NCBI GenBank assembly: GCA_046758365.1
Contig: JBHIAC010000044.1
Location: forward strand, 1 to 21,185
Direction: 5' to 3'
DNA length: 21,185 bases
Origin: a bacterium
GTDB taxonomy: Bacteria; Zhuqueibacterota; Zhuqueibacteria; Oceanimicrobiales; Oceanimicrobiaceae
Position 1 is the first letter of the stretch; every line of letters starts with the position of its first letter. The position numbers and the translations under genes are program-made. Below the pieces are notes generated by a model, which saw nothing but the letters and a program-made list of their open reading frames with translations, was not told the origin of the DNA and searched no databases. Below are positions 7,068-16,287 of this stretch, piece after piece.

Positions 7068-10000
7068 GTGAGTAATATACCAATTAACCAATTAACCAGT
7101 TATAAAAAAGTTTTAGTCCTGGGTGGTGGAATTGCTGGCATTCAGGCTTCTTTAGATTTAGCTGAAATGTGTATTGAAGTATATTTATTAGAAAAAGGTC
7201 CGAGTATCGGCGGTAGAATGGCTCAATTGGATAAAACCTTTCCCACAAATGATTGTGCGATGTGTATTCTTTCCCCTAAATTAGTAGAAGCCGGTGCACA
7301 TCCTTATATTAAGATTATTACTAATGCTGAGCTAAAGAGTTTAAATGGCGAAGCACCTAACTTTCGAGCGAAAATCTTGAAAAAACCGCGTTATATTAAT
7401 GAAGAAAAATGTACCGGTTGTGGTATTTGTATGGACAAATGTCCGGTGAAAATACCAGATGAATATAATAAGGGTCTAAGCAAAACAAAGTGTATTAGAA
7501 TTCCTTTTCCGCAAGCTGTTCCTGCTCTACCAATAATGGATAAAGACAACTGTATTTATCATCAAAGAGGTAAATGTAAAATCTGCGAGAAATTCTGTGA
7601 AGCAAATGCTATAGATTTTAACCAGAAAGAAGAAGATATTGATATTGAAGTGGGGAGTGTGATTGTCACCTCAGGGTCAGAAGAATTTGATGCGGCATTA
7701 AAGGATGAATATGGTTATAAAACTTTCCCTAATGTTTTGACCAGTATTGAATTTGAAAGAATTTTAAGTGCTTCTGGACCCACCCAGGGTCATATCAAAC
7801 GTCCTTCAGATGGAAAAGAGCCCAAGAAAATAGCATTTATTCAATGTGTCGGTTCGCGGGATATGCAAATGGGCAATGAATATTGTTCAAGCATCTGTTG
7901 TATGCAGGCGGCTAAAGATTCAGTAATTATACGGGAGCATCTTCCCGGTGTTGAGACAACAATATTTTACATGGATATTCGTGCTTTTGGTAAAGATTTT
8001 GATAAATTTATTGACCGGGCAAAAAATGATTACCATACCCGTTTTGTTCATGCTCGTATCTCATCAGTAGAAATTGAGCAAATTAAGGAAAATTTAATTA
8101 TTCAATATAATACTGATGAAGGAAGTCTAAACAAAGAAGAATTCGACCTTGTGGTTCTTTCAGTGGGATTAGTATCTACAGCTAAAATTAAAGAAATGGC
8201 AGATAAGCTTAATATAGAACTAAATGAATCTGGATTCGCTAAATCATCTTCTTTCACGCCAGTAGCGATTTCTCGACCAGGTATATTTGTTGCTGGGACT
8301 TTTTCTGGTCCCAAGGATATTCCTGAAACAGTAATGCAAGCGAGCGGTGCCGCATCTGCAGCTTCTTCCTTATTGACTGAACTGCCAATAAAAGAGATAA
8401 AGGAAGAATTACCTCAGGAATTTGACCTGCGGGGAGAGCCAATACGAATAGGTGTTTTTGTTTGCCGTTGTGGAATTAATATTGCGGCTACGGTTGATGT
8501 GCCTAAAGTAGTTGAATATGCTTCTACCTTACCACGGGTTATCCATTCCCAAGAACTTCTTTTTGCCTGTGCTCAGGATTCTCAGAAATTGATTAGTGAG
8601 AAGATAAAAGAGTTGAAATTAAATAGAGTGATAGTTTCCGCCTGTACTCCCAGAACACATGAACCTCTCTTTCAGAAAACATTGGGAATAGCAGGTTTAA
8701 ATCCATATCTATTTGAATTTACTAATATTCGCGAACAGTGTTCTTGGGTACATCAAAAAGAACCAGAGAAAGCAACAGAGAAGGCAAAAAATTTAGTGTG
8801 TATGGCAGTCGCCAAGGCCAGGTTACTTGAGCCTCTTTCCAAAATGAGCCTTAAAATAAACAACAGGGCTTTAGTTATTGGTGGTGGCGTAGCCGGGATG
8901 GTGTCAGCGATTGATCTTGCCACTCAAGGATACGAAGTTTATTTAGTAGAAAAGGAGACTGAATTAGGTGGTAATCTTCGCCATATTCATTATACTCTGG
9001 AAGGAGAAAAGACTGATCAATTTCTTACTTCTTTAATCGAAAAAGTAAAAATGAACAAAAAAATCACCCTTTATACTGATTCTGAGATTAAAGAAATAAC
9101 AGGATATGTAGGAAACTTTAAAACCACATTAAACGTGAAACGTGAAACGTTAAACGAGGAAGAGATTGAACATGGAATAATCATTGTTGCTACTGGTGGA
9201 GAGGAATACAAACTTACCGAGTATCTTTATGGTCAAGATGAACGTATTATCACCCAACGCGAATTAGAAGAGCGGTTAGTAAATCAGCAATCAGCAATTA
9301 GCAATCAGCAATCTATAGTGATGATACAATGCGTTGGCTCTCGTAATGAGGAACATCCGTATTGCAGTCGGGTTTGTTGTAGCCAGGCAATAAAAAATGC
9401 TTTGAAACTGAAAGAAATTAATCCTGGGATAAATATTTATATCCTTTATCGCGATATCCGTACCTATGGTATAAAAGAGCTTTATTATAAGAGAGCACGG
9501 GAAAAAGGGATTATCTTTATCCGCTACGAAGAGGAAAACGAACCAGAAGTAAAATTACAGGCCACAAACTCCGAATCCCAAACCTCAAATTCTGAACTTT
9601 TAGTTAATGTATATGAACCAATATTACAGAAAAATCTTTCTATCAATGTTGGTCTTGTAGTGCTCAGTTGTGGTATTGTAGCCAGGGAAGAGAATAAGAT
9701 TTTATCGCAAATGCTTAAAGTACCATTAAATGCCGATGGTTACTTCTTGGAGGCACATGTAAAACTACGTCCGGTGGATTTTGCTACAGATGGTATTTTT
9801 GTGTGTGGATTAGCACATTATCCTAAAGATGTTTCTGAAACTATCGCTCAGGCTAAAGCAGCAGCAGCTAGGGCAGTAACTATTTTAAGAAAAGAAGTAA
9901 TAGAAGCTGAAGGAAAAGTCTCCCAAGTAAGAAAAGAAAGATGTACAGGATGTGGTCTCTGTGTAGAAATCTGCCCTTATCAAGCAATTAAACTCGATGA

Positions 10001-10136
10001 AGAAGAAAGGGTTGCAGTAGTTAATGAGGCATTATGTAAAGGCTGTGGAGTTTGTTCTGCTTCCTGTCGTACAGCAGCAATTGATTTAAGAGGATTTAAT
10101 GATGAACAAATTTTAGCTGCACTTACTACTGTTTAA
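7068..10136 (+). CDS. hdrA: Heterodisulfide reductase subunit A-like flavoprotein with two FAD-binding modules (1022 aa)
   Basis: VLVLGGGIAG, GGRMAQLDKTFPTNDCAMCI, inserted ferredoxin (CTGCGICMDKCP...CKICEKFC), IQCVGSR...YCSSICC. The second module has RIGVFVCRCG, VIGGGVAG, YCSRVCC and a C-terminal 2x[4Fe-4S]. Confidence 0.96.
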   Translation: MSNIPINQLTSYKKVLVLGGGIAGIQASLDLAEMCIEVYLLEKGPSIGGRMAQLDKTFPTNDCAMCILSPKLVEAGAHPYIKIITNAELKSLNGEAPNFRAKILKKPRYINEEKCTGCGICMDKCPVKIPDEYNKGLSKTKCIRIPFPQAVPALPIMDKDNCIYHQRGKCKICEKFCEANAIDFNQKEEDIDIEVGSVIVTSGSEEFDAALKDEYGYKTFPNVLTSIEFERILSASGPTQGHIKRPSDGKEPKKIAFIQCVGSRDMQMGNEYCSSICCMQAAKDSVIIREHLPGVETTIFYMDIRAFGKDFDKFIDRAKNDYHTRFVHARISSVEIEQIKENLIIQYNTDEGSLNKEEFDLVVLSVGLVSTAKIKEMADKLNIELNESGFAKSSSFTPVAISRPGIFVAGTFSGPKDIPETVMQASGAASAASSLLTELPIKEIKEELPQEFDLRGEPIRIGVFVCRCGINIAATVDVPKVVEYASTLPRVIHSQELLFACAQDSQKLISEKIKELKLNRVIVSACTPRTHEPLFQKTLGIAGLNPYLFEFTNIREQCSWVHQKEPEKATEKAKNLVCMAVAKARLLEPLSKMSLKINNRALVIGGGVAGMVSAIDLATQGYEVYLVEKETELGGNLRHIHYTLEGEKTDQFLTSLIEKVKMNKKITLYTDSEIKEITGYVGNFKTTLNVKRETLNEEEIEHGIIIVATGGEEYKLTEYLYGQDERIITQRELEERLVNQQSAISNQQSIVMIQCVGSRNEEHPYCSRVCCSQAIKNALKLKEINPGINIYILYRDIRTYGIKELYYKRAREKGIIFIRYEEENEPEVKLQATNSESQTSNSELLVNVYEPILQKNLSINVGLVVLSCGIVAREENKILSQMLKVPLNADGYFLEAHVKLRPVDFATDGIFVCGLAHYPKDVSETIAQAKAAAARAVTILRKEVIEAEGKVSQVRKERCTGCGLCVEICPYQAIKLDEEERVAVVNEALCKGCGVCSASCRTAAIDLRGFNDEQILAALTTV
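7079..7102 (+). repeat. In-frame 8-bp tandem array at the hdrA-2 N-terminus
   Basis: ACCAATTA ACCAATTA ACCAGTTA (24 nt); encodes PINQLTS. Confidence 0.85.
9130..9157 (+). repeat. In-frame 7-bp tandem array (KAAACGT), hdrA-2 site 1
   Basis: TAAACGT GAAACGT GAAACGT TAAACGA; encodes LNVKRETLNE. Confidence 0.92.
9282..9313 (+). repeat. In-frame 7-bp tandem array (AATCAGC), hdrA-2 site 2
   Basis: AATCAGC AATCAGC AATTAGC AATCAGC AATC; encodes NQQSAISNQQS. Confidence 0.95.
9563..9597 (+). repeat. In-frame degenerate 7-bp array, hdrA-2 site 3
   Basis: CACAAAC TCCGAAT CCCAAAC CTCAAAT TCTGAAC; encodes TNSESQTSNSE. Confidence 0.75.
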
Positions 10137-10139
10137 AAG

Positions 10140-10562
10140 ATGATGGATAAAAATTTTGAACCAAAAATAGTTGCTTTTCTTTGTAATTGGTGTTCTTATG
10201 CAGGAGCTGATTTAGCTGGCGTTTCGCGAATTCAGTATCCTTCAAATATCCGGGTTATCCGCGTCCCGTGTTCAGGCAGAATGAATCCTCTTTATGTAAT
10301 TAAAGCATTACAGAATGGTATTGATGGAGTCTTGGTTTCTGGTTGTCATCCGGGAGATTGTCATTATATCAGCGGAAATCTGGTTGCTCGCAGAAAATTT
10401 GCACTATTGAAAAACTTTTTAGAATATATTGGTATTGAACCAGAAAGAGTACAATTTTCTTGGGTTTCGGCAGCTGAAGGACCCCGCTTTGCTCAGATAG
10501 TGGAGAAAGTTATTAATGAAGTAAAAAAATTGGGTCCCATTAAAAAATTCGTCAAAGGATAG
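10140..10562 (+). CDS. flxD: MvhD/FlxD-family [2Fe-2S] subunit (copy 2)
   Basis: FEPKIVAFLCNWCSYAGADLAG, RVPCSGR, GCHPGDCHY, WVSAAEG; lies directly after hdrA in hdrA-flxDCBA order. Confidence 0.93.
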   Translation: MMDKNFEPKIVAFLCNWCSYAGADLAGVSRIQYPSNIRVIRVPCSGRMNPLYVIKALQNGIDGVLVSGCHPGDCHYISGNLVARRKFALLKNFLEYIGIEPERVQFSWVSAAEGPRFAQIVEKVINEVKKLGPIKKFVKG

Positions 10563-10581
10563 TGACTTATTTGAGTTAAAA

Positions 10582-11625
10582 ATGATGCGAGAAATAGAAC
10601 AACAGATAAAAGAAACAGTAAAGAAATTATTCAGTGAGAATAAGATAGATGTTTTCATCGGTTATAGTAAAGGAACTCTGCCACTAATATCCCCTCCTTG
10701 TTTTATTACTAAACCGGGTACAAACACCACTGAGAGCGTGGTTGAGTCCTCATCAGTTGAAAAATTGTGCTGGAATTCTTTTTGTTTTAATAATTTAGCT
10801 GTATATTTACCACGATTTTTTATACCCCAGCCGAAGAGAAAAGAGAAAATAAAGATACATAGGATAGGAATACTTGCTAAAGGCTGTGATGGTGGTTCAA
10901 TAATAGGACTGATAAAAGAGCATCAACTACCTCGAGATAATATTTTTATTATTGGTGTTGTTTGTGAAGGTATGGTAGATAGAAAGAAAATGCAAAATTC
11001 AAAATTAAAAATTAAAAAGGATATCGAGATTGTTGAAACGCGGCAGGAGGATGGCAAGATCATAATCATTGATGAAAATAAAAAGAAGAGGGAAATCGAA
11101 AAAGAGGATCTATTAGCTGATGTATGTTTAAGTTGTCAATATGCTAAGCCGCCTGTTTATGATATTTTAATTGGTTCCGAGACCAGAAACCGGAAACCAG
11201 AATCCAGAAATGCAATTATTGAAGATTTTGAAAAAAAATCTGTTGAGGAAAGGTGGAAGTATTTCCAAGAACAGCTCTCCAAATGTATTAGATGTTATGC
11301 TTGTCGACAGGCATGTCCTAATTGTTATTGTAAAGAGTGTTTTGCTGAGCAGACTAAACCAAAGTGGACAGGTGTCACTAACAATATTTCTGAGATTATG
11401 TTTTACCAGATTGGTCGAATATTTCATCAAGCAGGCCGGTGTGTTGATTGCGGTGCTTGTGTGCGCGCCTGCCCAATGGGGATTGATCTGAGAGTGTTTA
11501 CCCGTAAATTAATAAAAGATGTAGAAGAACTTTTCGGTTATCAGGCAGGTGTTTCTTTAGATGAAGTTCCTCCTCTGGCAACCTTCAAGCCAGAGGATAA
11601 ACAGGAGTTTATTACTGAACCATAG
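10582..11625 (+). CDS. flxC: FlxC-like 4Fe-4S dicluster protein
   Basis: NNLAVYL, AKGCDG, IIGVVC, CIRCYACRQACPNCYCKEC, HQAGRCVDCGACVRACP; position between flxD and flxB. Confidence 0.82.
   Translation: MMREIEQQIKETVKKLFSENKIDVFIGYSKGTLPLISPPCFITKPGTNTTESVVESSSVEKLCWNSFCFNNLAVYLPRFFIPQPKRKEKIKIHRIGILAKGCDGGSIIGLIKEHQLPRDNIFIIGVVCEGMVDRKKMQNSKLKIKKDIEIVETRQEDGKIIIIDENKKKREIEKEDLLADVCLSCQYAKPPVYDILIGSETRNRKPESRNAIIEDFEKKSVEERWKYFQEQLSKCIRCYACRQACPNCYCKECFAEQTKPKWTGVTNNISEIMFYQIGRIFHQAGRCVDCGACVRACPMGIDLRVFTRKLIKDVEELFGYQAGVSLDEVPPLATFKPEDKQEFITEP
10986..11013 (+). repeat. In-frame 7-bp array (CAAAATT) in flxC
   Basis: GAAAATG CAAAATT CAAAATT AAAAATT; encodes KMQNSKLKI. Confidence 0.75.
11183..11210 (+). 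repeat. In-frame 7-bp array (CCAGAAA) in flxC
   Basis: CCAGAAA CCGGAAA CCAGAAT CCAGAAA; encodes TRNRKPESRN. Confidence 0.9.
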
Positions 11626-11686
11626 AGATAGGTGGCATTGCTAATGAGTATAGTGGAATTTGAATCAAGTGATAAGGAGATTAAAG

Positions 11687-13000
11687 ATGGCTGAGAAAGA
11701 AAGGCTGGATATGTTCTGCTACCAATGCTCCCAGACTGCAAGGGGAACAGGCTGCACGGTAAAAGGAGTATGCGGAAAGGAGGCTACGGTCGCTCGTTTA
11801 CAGGATAACCTGATGCTGGCCACGCAAGGGATGGCAGCCTATCTATACCACGCGAGGGAACTGGGATATACTGATACAGAGATAGATGCCTTCTTGGAGA
11901 GGGCCTTTTACTCCACATTCACCAATGTCAACTTTGACGCAGAAGATTTTATCCGGCTGACTGTTGAGGCTGGCAAGATGAATGTGAACACAATGAGGCT
12001 TCTCAAAAAAGCCCATATCGAAACTTATGGAGAGCCAGAACCCACTGAGGTACAAACAGGGACGGTCAAAGGGCGGGGAATAATTGTTACTGGCCACAGT
12101 CTCAAAGTGCTTGAGGAGTTACTCAAACAAACTGAGGGGACGGGCATAAATGTCTACACGCACTCGGAGCTTCTCCCTGCCCATGGGTATCCTGGCCTGA
12201 AAAAGTATAGGCACCTGGTTGGCAATCTGGGAAAAGCATGGTTTGACCAGAAACAACTCTTCTCAAAATACCCTGTGGCGGTCCTGGGAACCTCAAACTG
12301 TGTTCTGATCCCTCGGGAAGAGTATAGAGACAGAATGTTTACCACTGGACCTGCACGACTGCCTGGTGTGCAACACATTGCTGGATACGACTATACAGCG
12401 GTGATAGAAAAAGCGAAATCGTTGCCGGAACTTGATGAGAAACCAGGAGAGGTTATATTAACTACAGGATTTTCCAAGTCTGTAGTTCTGTCCTTAAAAG
12501 ATAAGATTAAACAACTGGTGGAAACAGACAAAATCCGCCATTTCTTCCTTGTAGGAGGATGTGATTCGCCACTCAAAAAGGCGGAGTACTATCGGGAGTT
12601 TGTCCAACGGTTACCACAAGATACAGTTATCTTAACTCTTGCTTGTGGGAAGTTCAGAATCAACGATCTAAATCTTGGTGATATAGAAGGTATCCCGAGA
12701 CTGATTGACCTGGGACAGTGCAATGACTCGATTGTTGCCATAGAAATTGCTGAGGCTCTTGCTGAACTATTTGGTGTAAGCATAAATGAACTCCCCCTTA
12801 CTTTAGCTCTTAGTTGGATGGAGCAAAAATCTGTCACTATCCTTTGGAGTCTTCTCTCACTTGGTTTAAAGGCTATTTATCTGGGGCCCATTTTGCCTGC
12901 CTGGGTAAATAACGATATTCTGAAAGTATTGAGAGAGAATTATGATTTGCGACTCATAGGCAACCCCGAAGAAGATATTAAGCAGGTCTTGAGCGGGTAA
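11687..13000 (+). CDS. hcp: Hybrid cluster protein (hydroxylamine/NO reductase, prismane), short class III-type
   Basis: [76 protein letters not shown]; 437 aa. ATG 11687 follows AAGGAG. Confidence 0.96.
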   Translation: MAEKERLDMFCYQCSQTARGTGCTVKGVCGKEATVARLQDNLMLATQGMAAYLYHARELGYTDTEIDAFLERAFYSTFTNVNFDAEDFIRLTVEAGKMNVNTMRLLKKAHIETYGEPEPTEVQTGTVKGRGIIVTGHSLKVLEELLKQTEGTGINVYTHSELLPAHGYPGLKKYRHLVGNLGKAWFDQKQLFSKYPVAVLGTSNCVLIPREEYRDRMFTTGPARLPGVQHIAGYDYTAVIEKAKSLPELDEKPGEVILTTGFSKSVVLSLKDKIKQLVETDKIRHFFLVGGCDSPLKKAEYYREFVQRLPQDTVILTLACGKFRINDLNLGDIEGIPRLIDLGQCNDSIVAIEIAEALAELFGVSINELPLTLALSWMEQKSVTILWSLLSLGLKAIYLGPILPAWVNNDILKVLRENYDLRLIGNPEEDIKQVLSG

Positions 13001-13033
13001 TTATGAAGTTGGCAAAACGATAGGTAATAGAAC

Positions 13034-14080
13034 ATGGAAGAAAAAATTATAAAGAAAAATAAGATAAATAAATTTTTACAAGAACTGAAGAAGGAATACA
13101 AAATTTTTGCTCCAGTAGAAAAAGATGGTGACTTTCGTTTCTCCGAGATACTAGCACCTAATACCTATCACTTGCCTTTTGAGGATTACCGAAACACGAA
13201 AATCTCACCCAAGGAAATATTCTTTCCGCAAACCGCGATACTTTACGAATTTGATGCTCAGGGAACCAAACAATCAAATAGTTCTCATCTAACATCTAAA
13301 ACCTTAATCTTTGGCATTCGGCCTTGTGACACTCATTCTTTTTCCTTATTAGATAAGGTATTTGGAGGAAATGATTTCCAGGACCCTTATTATGTAAAAA
13401 AGCGAGAGCAAGCGATCATCATTTCCCTGTCCTGTATTAAGCCACAAATTACCTGTTTTTGCACTTCATTAGATGGTAAACCGGATAGAGAAGAAGGAGC
13501 AGATATTATTTTCTTTGACTTGGAAGAGGATATCCTTGTTAAACCTATAACTGAGAAAGGTAAAGAATTTATTAAAAAATCAGGAAGATGGTTTGAAAAC
13601 GCAAAAAAATCCGATATTGATAGAAAAAATAAAATAGTCCAAGAAAGCATGGAAAAAATAAGCTCTCAAGTAAATATAGAAAAAATAAAAGAAAAACTGG
13701 ATAAATCTTTTGATGCTTCTTTCTGGAACGAAATCCATCAGAAATGCCTTGGTTGTGGTGTGTGCACATATTTATGTCCCACATGCCATTGTTTTGATAT
13801 TAGTGATGATATAGATACTGGAATAGAGGCTTTAGTCTTGTCCAGGGGAAAAAGGATGAGATCTTGGGATTCCTGTATGTTTCCTTTATTTACTCTACAC
13901 GCATCTGGGCATAATCCTCGGCCAACTTACAAAGAAAGGATGCGCCAGCGTATCATGCATAAGTTTAACTACTGTCCAGAAAATTTTAAAGAAATGTTTT
14001 GTGTAGGCTGTGGTCGTTGTATTAGAAATTGTCCAGTAAACCTTGACATTCGTGAGGTGATAAAAATAGCTAATGGATAA
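13034..14080 (+). CDS. flxB: FlxB / AsrA-like 4Fe-4S subunit
   Basis: SPKEIFFPQ, FGIRPCD, TCFCTS, CLGCGVCTYLCPTCHCF, WDSC, RMRQRIMHKF, CVGCGRCIRNCP. Confidence 0.9.
   Translation: MEEKIIKKNKINKFLQELKKEYKIFAPVEKDGDFRFSEILAPNTYHLPFEDYRNTKISPKEIFFPQTAILYEFDAQGTKQSNSSHLTSKTLIFGIRPCDTHSFSLLDKVFGGNDFQDPYYVKKREQAIIISLSCIKPQITCFCTSLDGKPDREEGADIIFFDLEEDILVKPITEKGKEFIKKSGRWFENAKKSDIDRKNKIVQESMEKISSQVNIEKIKEKLDKSFDASFWNEIHQKCLGCGVCTYLCPTCHCFDISDDIDTGIEALVLSRGKRMRSWDSCMFPLFTLHASGHNPRPTYKERMRQRIMHKFNYCPENFKEMFCVGCGRCIRNCPVNLDIREVIKIANG
13155..13175 (+). repeat. Short degenerate in-frame 7-bp array in flxB
   Basis: CACCTAA TACCTAT CACTTGC (APNTYHL). ACCTATCAC is the reverse complement of GTGATAGGT in the 3916-3950 array. 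A 2-unit CATCTAA repeat lies at 13286-13299. Confidence 0.55.
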
Positions 14081-14918
14081 TCCTTATTTGCCTTTACCAG
14101 TTAGAATTAAAAAGATTACTATTGAGAATGAAGCTAAAGACCTGAAAACATTCGACTTAGAATTTGATGATAAGAATGGCGCTGAAAGGTTTAAATATAC
14201 CTGTGGACAATTTGCTGAACTGTCTGTGCTGGGAGCAGGTGAAGTACCTATTGGAATTGCGTCTTCACCTGTGGATGAAGGAGTCGTACAGTTTACTGTA
14301 AAAAAATATTCAATGGGTGTAGTTACATCTGCCCTGCATAATCTATCCGAAGGTGATAAGATTGGAATAAGAGGTCCTTTTGGGAATGGATTCCTGATGA
14401 AGGAGTTTGAAGGAAGCAACTTAGTAATTGTAGGAGGCGGATTCGCTCTTACAACTTTAAGATCGCTCACTAAATACATACTCCATGAGAAGAATAGATC
14501 TGGATTTGGAGAAATTACTGTTATGGTAGCTGCCAGAGACCCAGGTGAGATGCTTTACAAATACGACCTTGAACAATGGTCTAAAAGAGATGATATAAAA
14601 TTAATTCGGACTATCGACAGAGATGTTAAAGGTTGGACAGGAAAGGTAGGTTTTGCTGCTCCAGTATTGAAAGAGATAAACCCTTCCTCAGAAAATGCTT
14701 ATGCCATAGTCTGTGGTCCGGCAATTATGATAAAAACCTGTATCGCTGTTTTGCTTAAATTGAGATTCAAAGCTAACCAGATATTTAATTCGTTAGAGAT
14801 GCGTATGAAATGTGGTATTGGTAAATGCGGGAGGTGTAACATCGGACCTAAATATGTGTGTAAAGACGGTCCGGTATTCAGTTATGCTCAACTTGAAAAA
14901 TTACCTCAAGAATATTGA
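14073..14918 (+). CDS. flxA: FlxA / AsrB-like FAD/NAD(P)-binding [2Fe-2S] oxidoreductase
   Basis: GQFAELS...GEVPIGIASSP, IRGPFGNGF, VGGGFA, VCGPAIM, SLEMRMKCGIGKCGRCNIG...VCKDGPVF. Confidence 0.92.
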   Translation: MDNPYLPLPVRIKKITIENEAKDLKTFDLEFDDKNGAERFKYTCGQFAELSVLGAGEVPIGIASSPVDEGVVQFTVKKYSMGVVTSALHNLSEGDKIGIRGPFGNGFLMKEFEGSNLVIVGGGFALTTLRSLTKYILHEKNRSGFGEITVMVAARDPGEMLYKYDLEQWSKRDDIKLIRTIDRDVKGWTGKVGFAAPVLKEINPSSENAYAIVCGPAIMIKTCIAVLLKLRFKANQIFNSLEMRMKCGIGKCGRCNIGPKYVCKDGPVFSYAQLEKLPQEY

Positions 14919-14921
14919 GAA

Positions 14922-15599
14922 ATGTTTGAACTCGAAAAAATACCAGGAATAGGTGCGATTTTCTATAACGCTGTAGCAGCTAAGGGCTTTATGGGTCTTT
15001 ATCAAAGAATAGCGAAAGAAATTGTGACAGAAATTAAATCGGGTAAAGTTTTAGACATAGGGACTGGTCCCGGTTATCTACCGATTGAAATAGCTAAACT
15101 AAACAATCAATTAGAAATAATTGGAGTTGATTTAAGTCACAGGATGATAAATATCGCTCATAAAAATGCCCGGATAGCGAAGATAGACAGGGTCAAATTT
15201 GAGGTCGCTAACGCTCATGATTTACCTTATCAAAACAATTCATTCGATTTTGTTTTTAGCACCCTTTCCCTTCATCACTGGAGAGACAGAATAAAGGTTT
15301 TTAATGAATGTTCTCGGATAGTAAAGAATGGTGGATTGGTGTGGATTTATGATTTTAGAAAAGATGCGACAAGGAAAGAAATCAAAAAAACAATTGGAGT
15401 GAATGGAGCTAATTTTCGTCACTTCTATCTTTCCTTCAGTTTACGCTTTCATGGTTTGAAAACCGAGGAATATTTTTCTAAAGAGATGCAGGAAGCTATT
15501 GAGAAGAATGGATTTTCAGTTTTTAAGGTAGAGAAAAAGAATGCGATAGTATGTATTAAGCTAAGAAAGCCATCCAATGCCAACAGAAAATTTGAATAA
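14922..15599 (+). CDS. Class I SAM-dependent methyltransferase, substrate unknown
   Basis: VLDIGTGPG, GVDLS, LPYQNNSFDFVFSTLSLHHW, RIVKNGG. Confidence 0.88.
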   Translation: MFELEKIPGIGAIFYNAVAAKGFMGLYQRIAKEIVTEIKSGKVLDIGTGPGYLPIEIAKLNNQLEIIGVDLSHRMINIAHKNARIAKIDRVKFEVANAHDLPYQNNSFDFVFSTLSLHHWRDRIKVFNECSRIVKNGGLVWIYDFRKDATRKEIKKTIGVNGANFRHFYLSFSLRFHGLKTEEYFSKEMQEAIEKNGFSVFKVEKKNAIVCIKLRKPSNANRKFE

Positions 15600-16287
15600 A
15601 AAAGAAAAATATATTCAATTTCTTTTCAACCAGGTGGCAGAGAGATACGACCTTTTTAACAGGATTGCAAGTCTTTCTCTTGATAGTCGCTGGAGAAAGA
15701 AAGCCATTGTTCATCTTCAACCGGAAAATGGGGACCGCTTTTTAGATATTGGGACAGGGACAGGTGAATTGGCACTAAAACTAGCTAAAAGAATAAACGG
15801 AGGAGAGGTAGTAGGAATAGATTTTTGTGACAAGATGCTGGACATTGCTAGAAGAAAGAAAGAGGAAAAGAGCTGTAAAAAAAATATACGATTTATTTTG
15901 GCTAAAGCGGAGGATTTGCCTTTTCCTGACAATTACTTTGACGGAATCATTACTGGTTTTGTGATGAGGCATCTAAAGATGGAGGAAGCCTTAAAAGAGA
16001 TAATCCGTGTTTTAAGACCGAATGGACATCTGGTTATTTTAGAAATAGGCAAACCCGAATCTATCTGGTTTAGAAAACTTTATTATTTCTATCTCCGTCG
16101 GATATTACCACTAATCGGGATGACTTTAGTGGGGACAAAAGAGCCATTCTGTGTCTTAGCAAGTTCAGTAATCGGTTTTCTTGAAGCCGAGGAACTAAAA
16201 TCAGTTCTTCAGAAAATGGGATTACGAAAAATAAGAAATTTTGTTTTGAATAAAGGAATAGTTTCTCTTTATGTTGGGGTGAAATGA
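15577..16287 (+). CDS. menG: UbiE/MenG-family demethylmenaquinone methyltransferase-like protein
   Basis: LFNQVAERYDLFNRIASLSLDSRWRK, LDIGTGTG, AEDLPFPDNYFD, RVLRPNG.LVILE; adjacent to a menA-like gene. Confidence 0.85.
   Translation: MPTENLNKKEKYIQFLFNQVAERYDLFNRIASLSLDSRWRKKAIVHLQPENGDRFLDIGTGTGELALKLAKRINGGEVVGIDFCDKMLDIARRKKEEKSCKKNIRFILAKAEDLPFPDNYFDGIITGFVMRHLKMEEALKEIIRVLRPNGHLVILEIGKPESIWFRKLYYFYLRRILPLIGMTLVGTKEPFCVLASSVIGFLEAEELKSVLQKMGLRKIRNFVLNKGIVSLYVGVK

Noticed and set aside
3517..10562. Selenocysteine recoding in MvhD or HdrA, which are selenoproteins in some anaerobes
   Set aside because: The relevant positions (GCHPGDCHY, NDCAMC) are Cys codons, and the ORFs are full length with no in-frame TGA.
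13034..14918. Calling these genes anaerobic sulfite reductase asrAB or sulfhydrogenase beta/gamma subunits
   Set aside because: No asrC or hydrogenase subunits are present, and the hdrA-mvhD context fits flxBA better.
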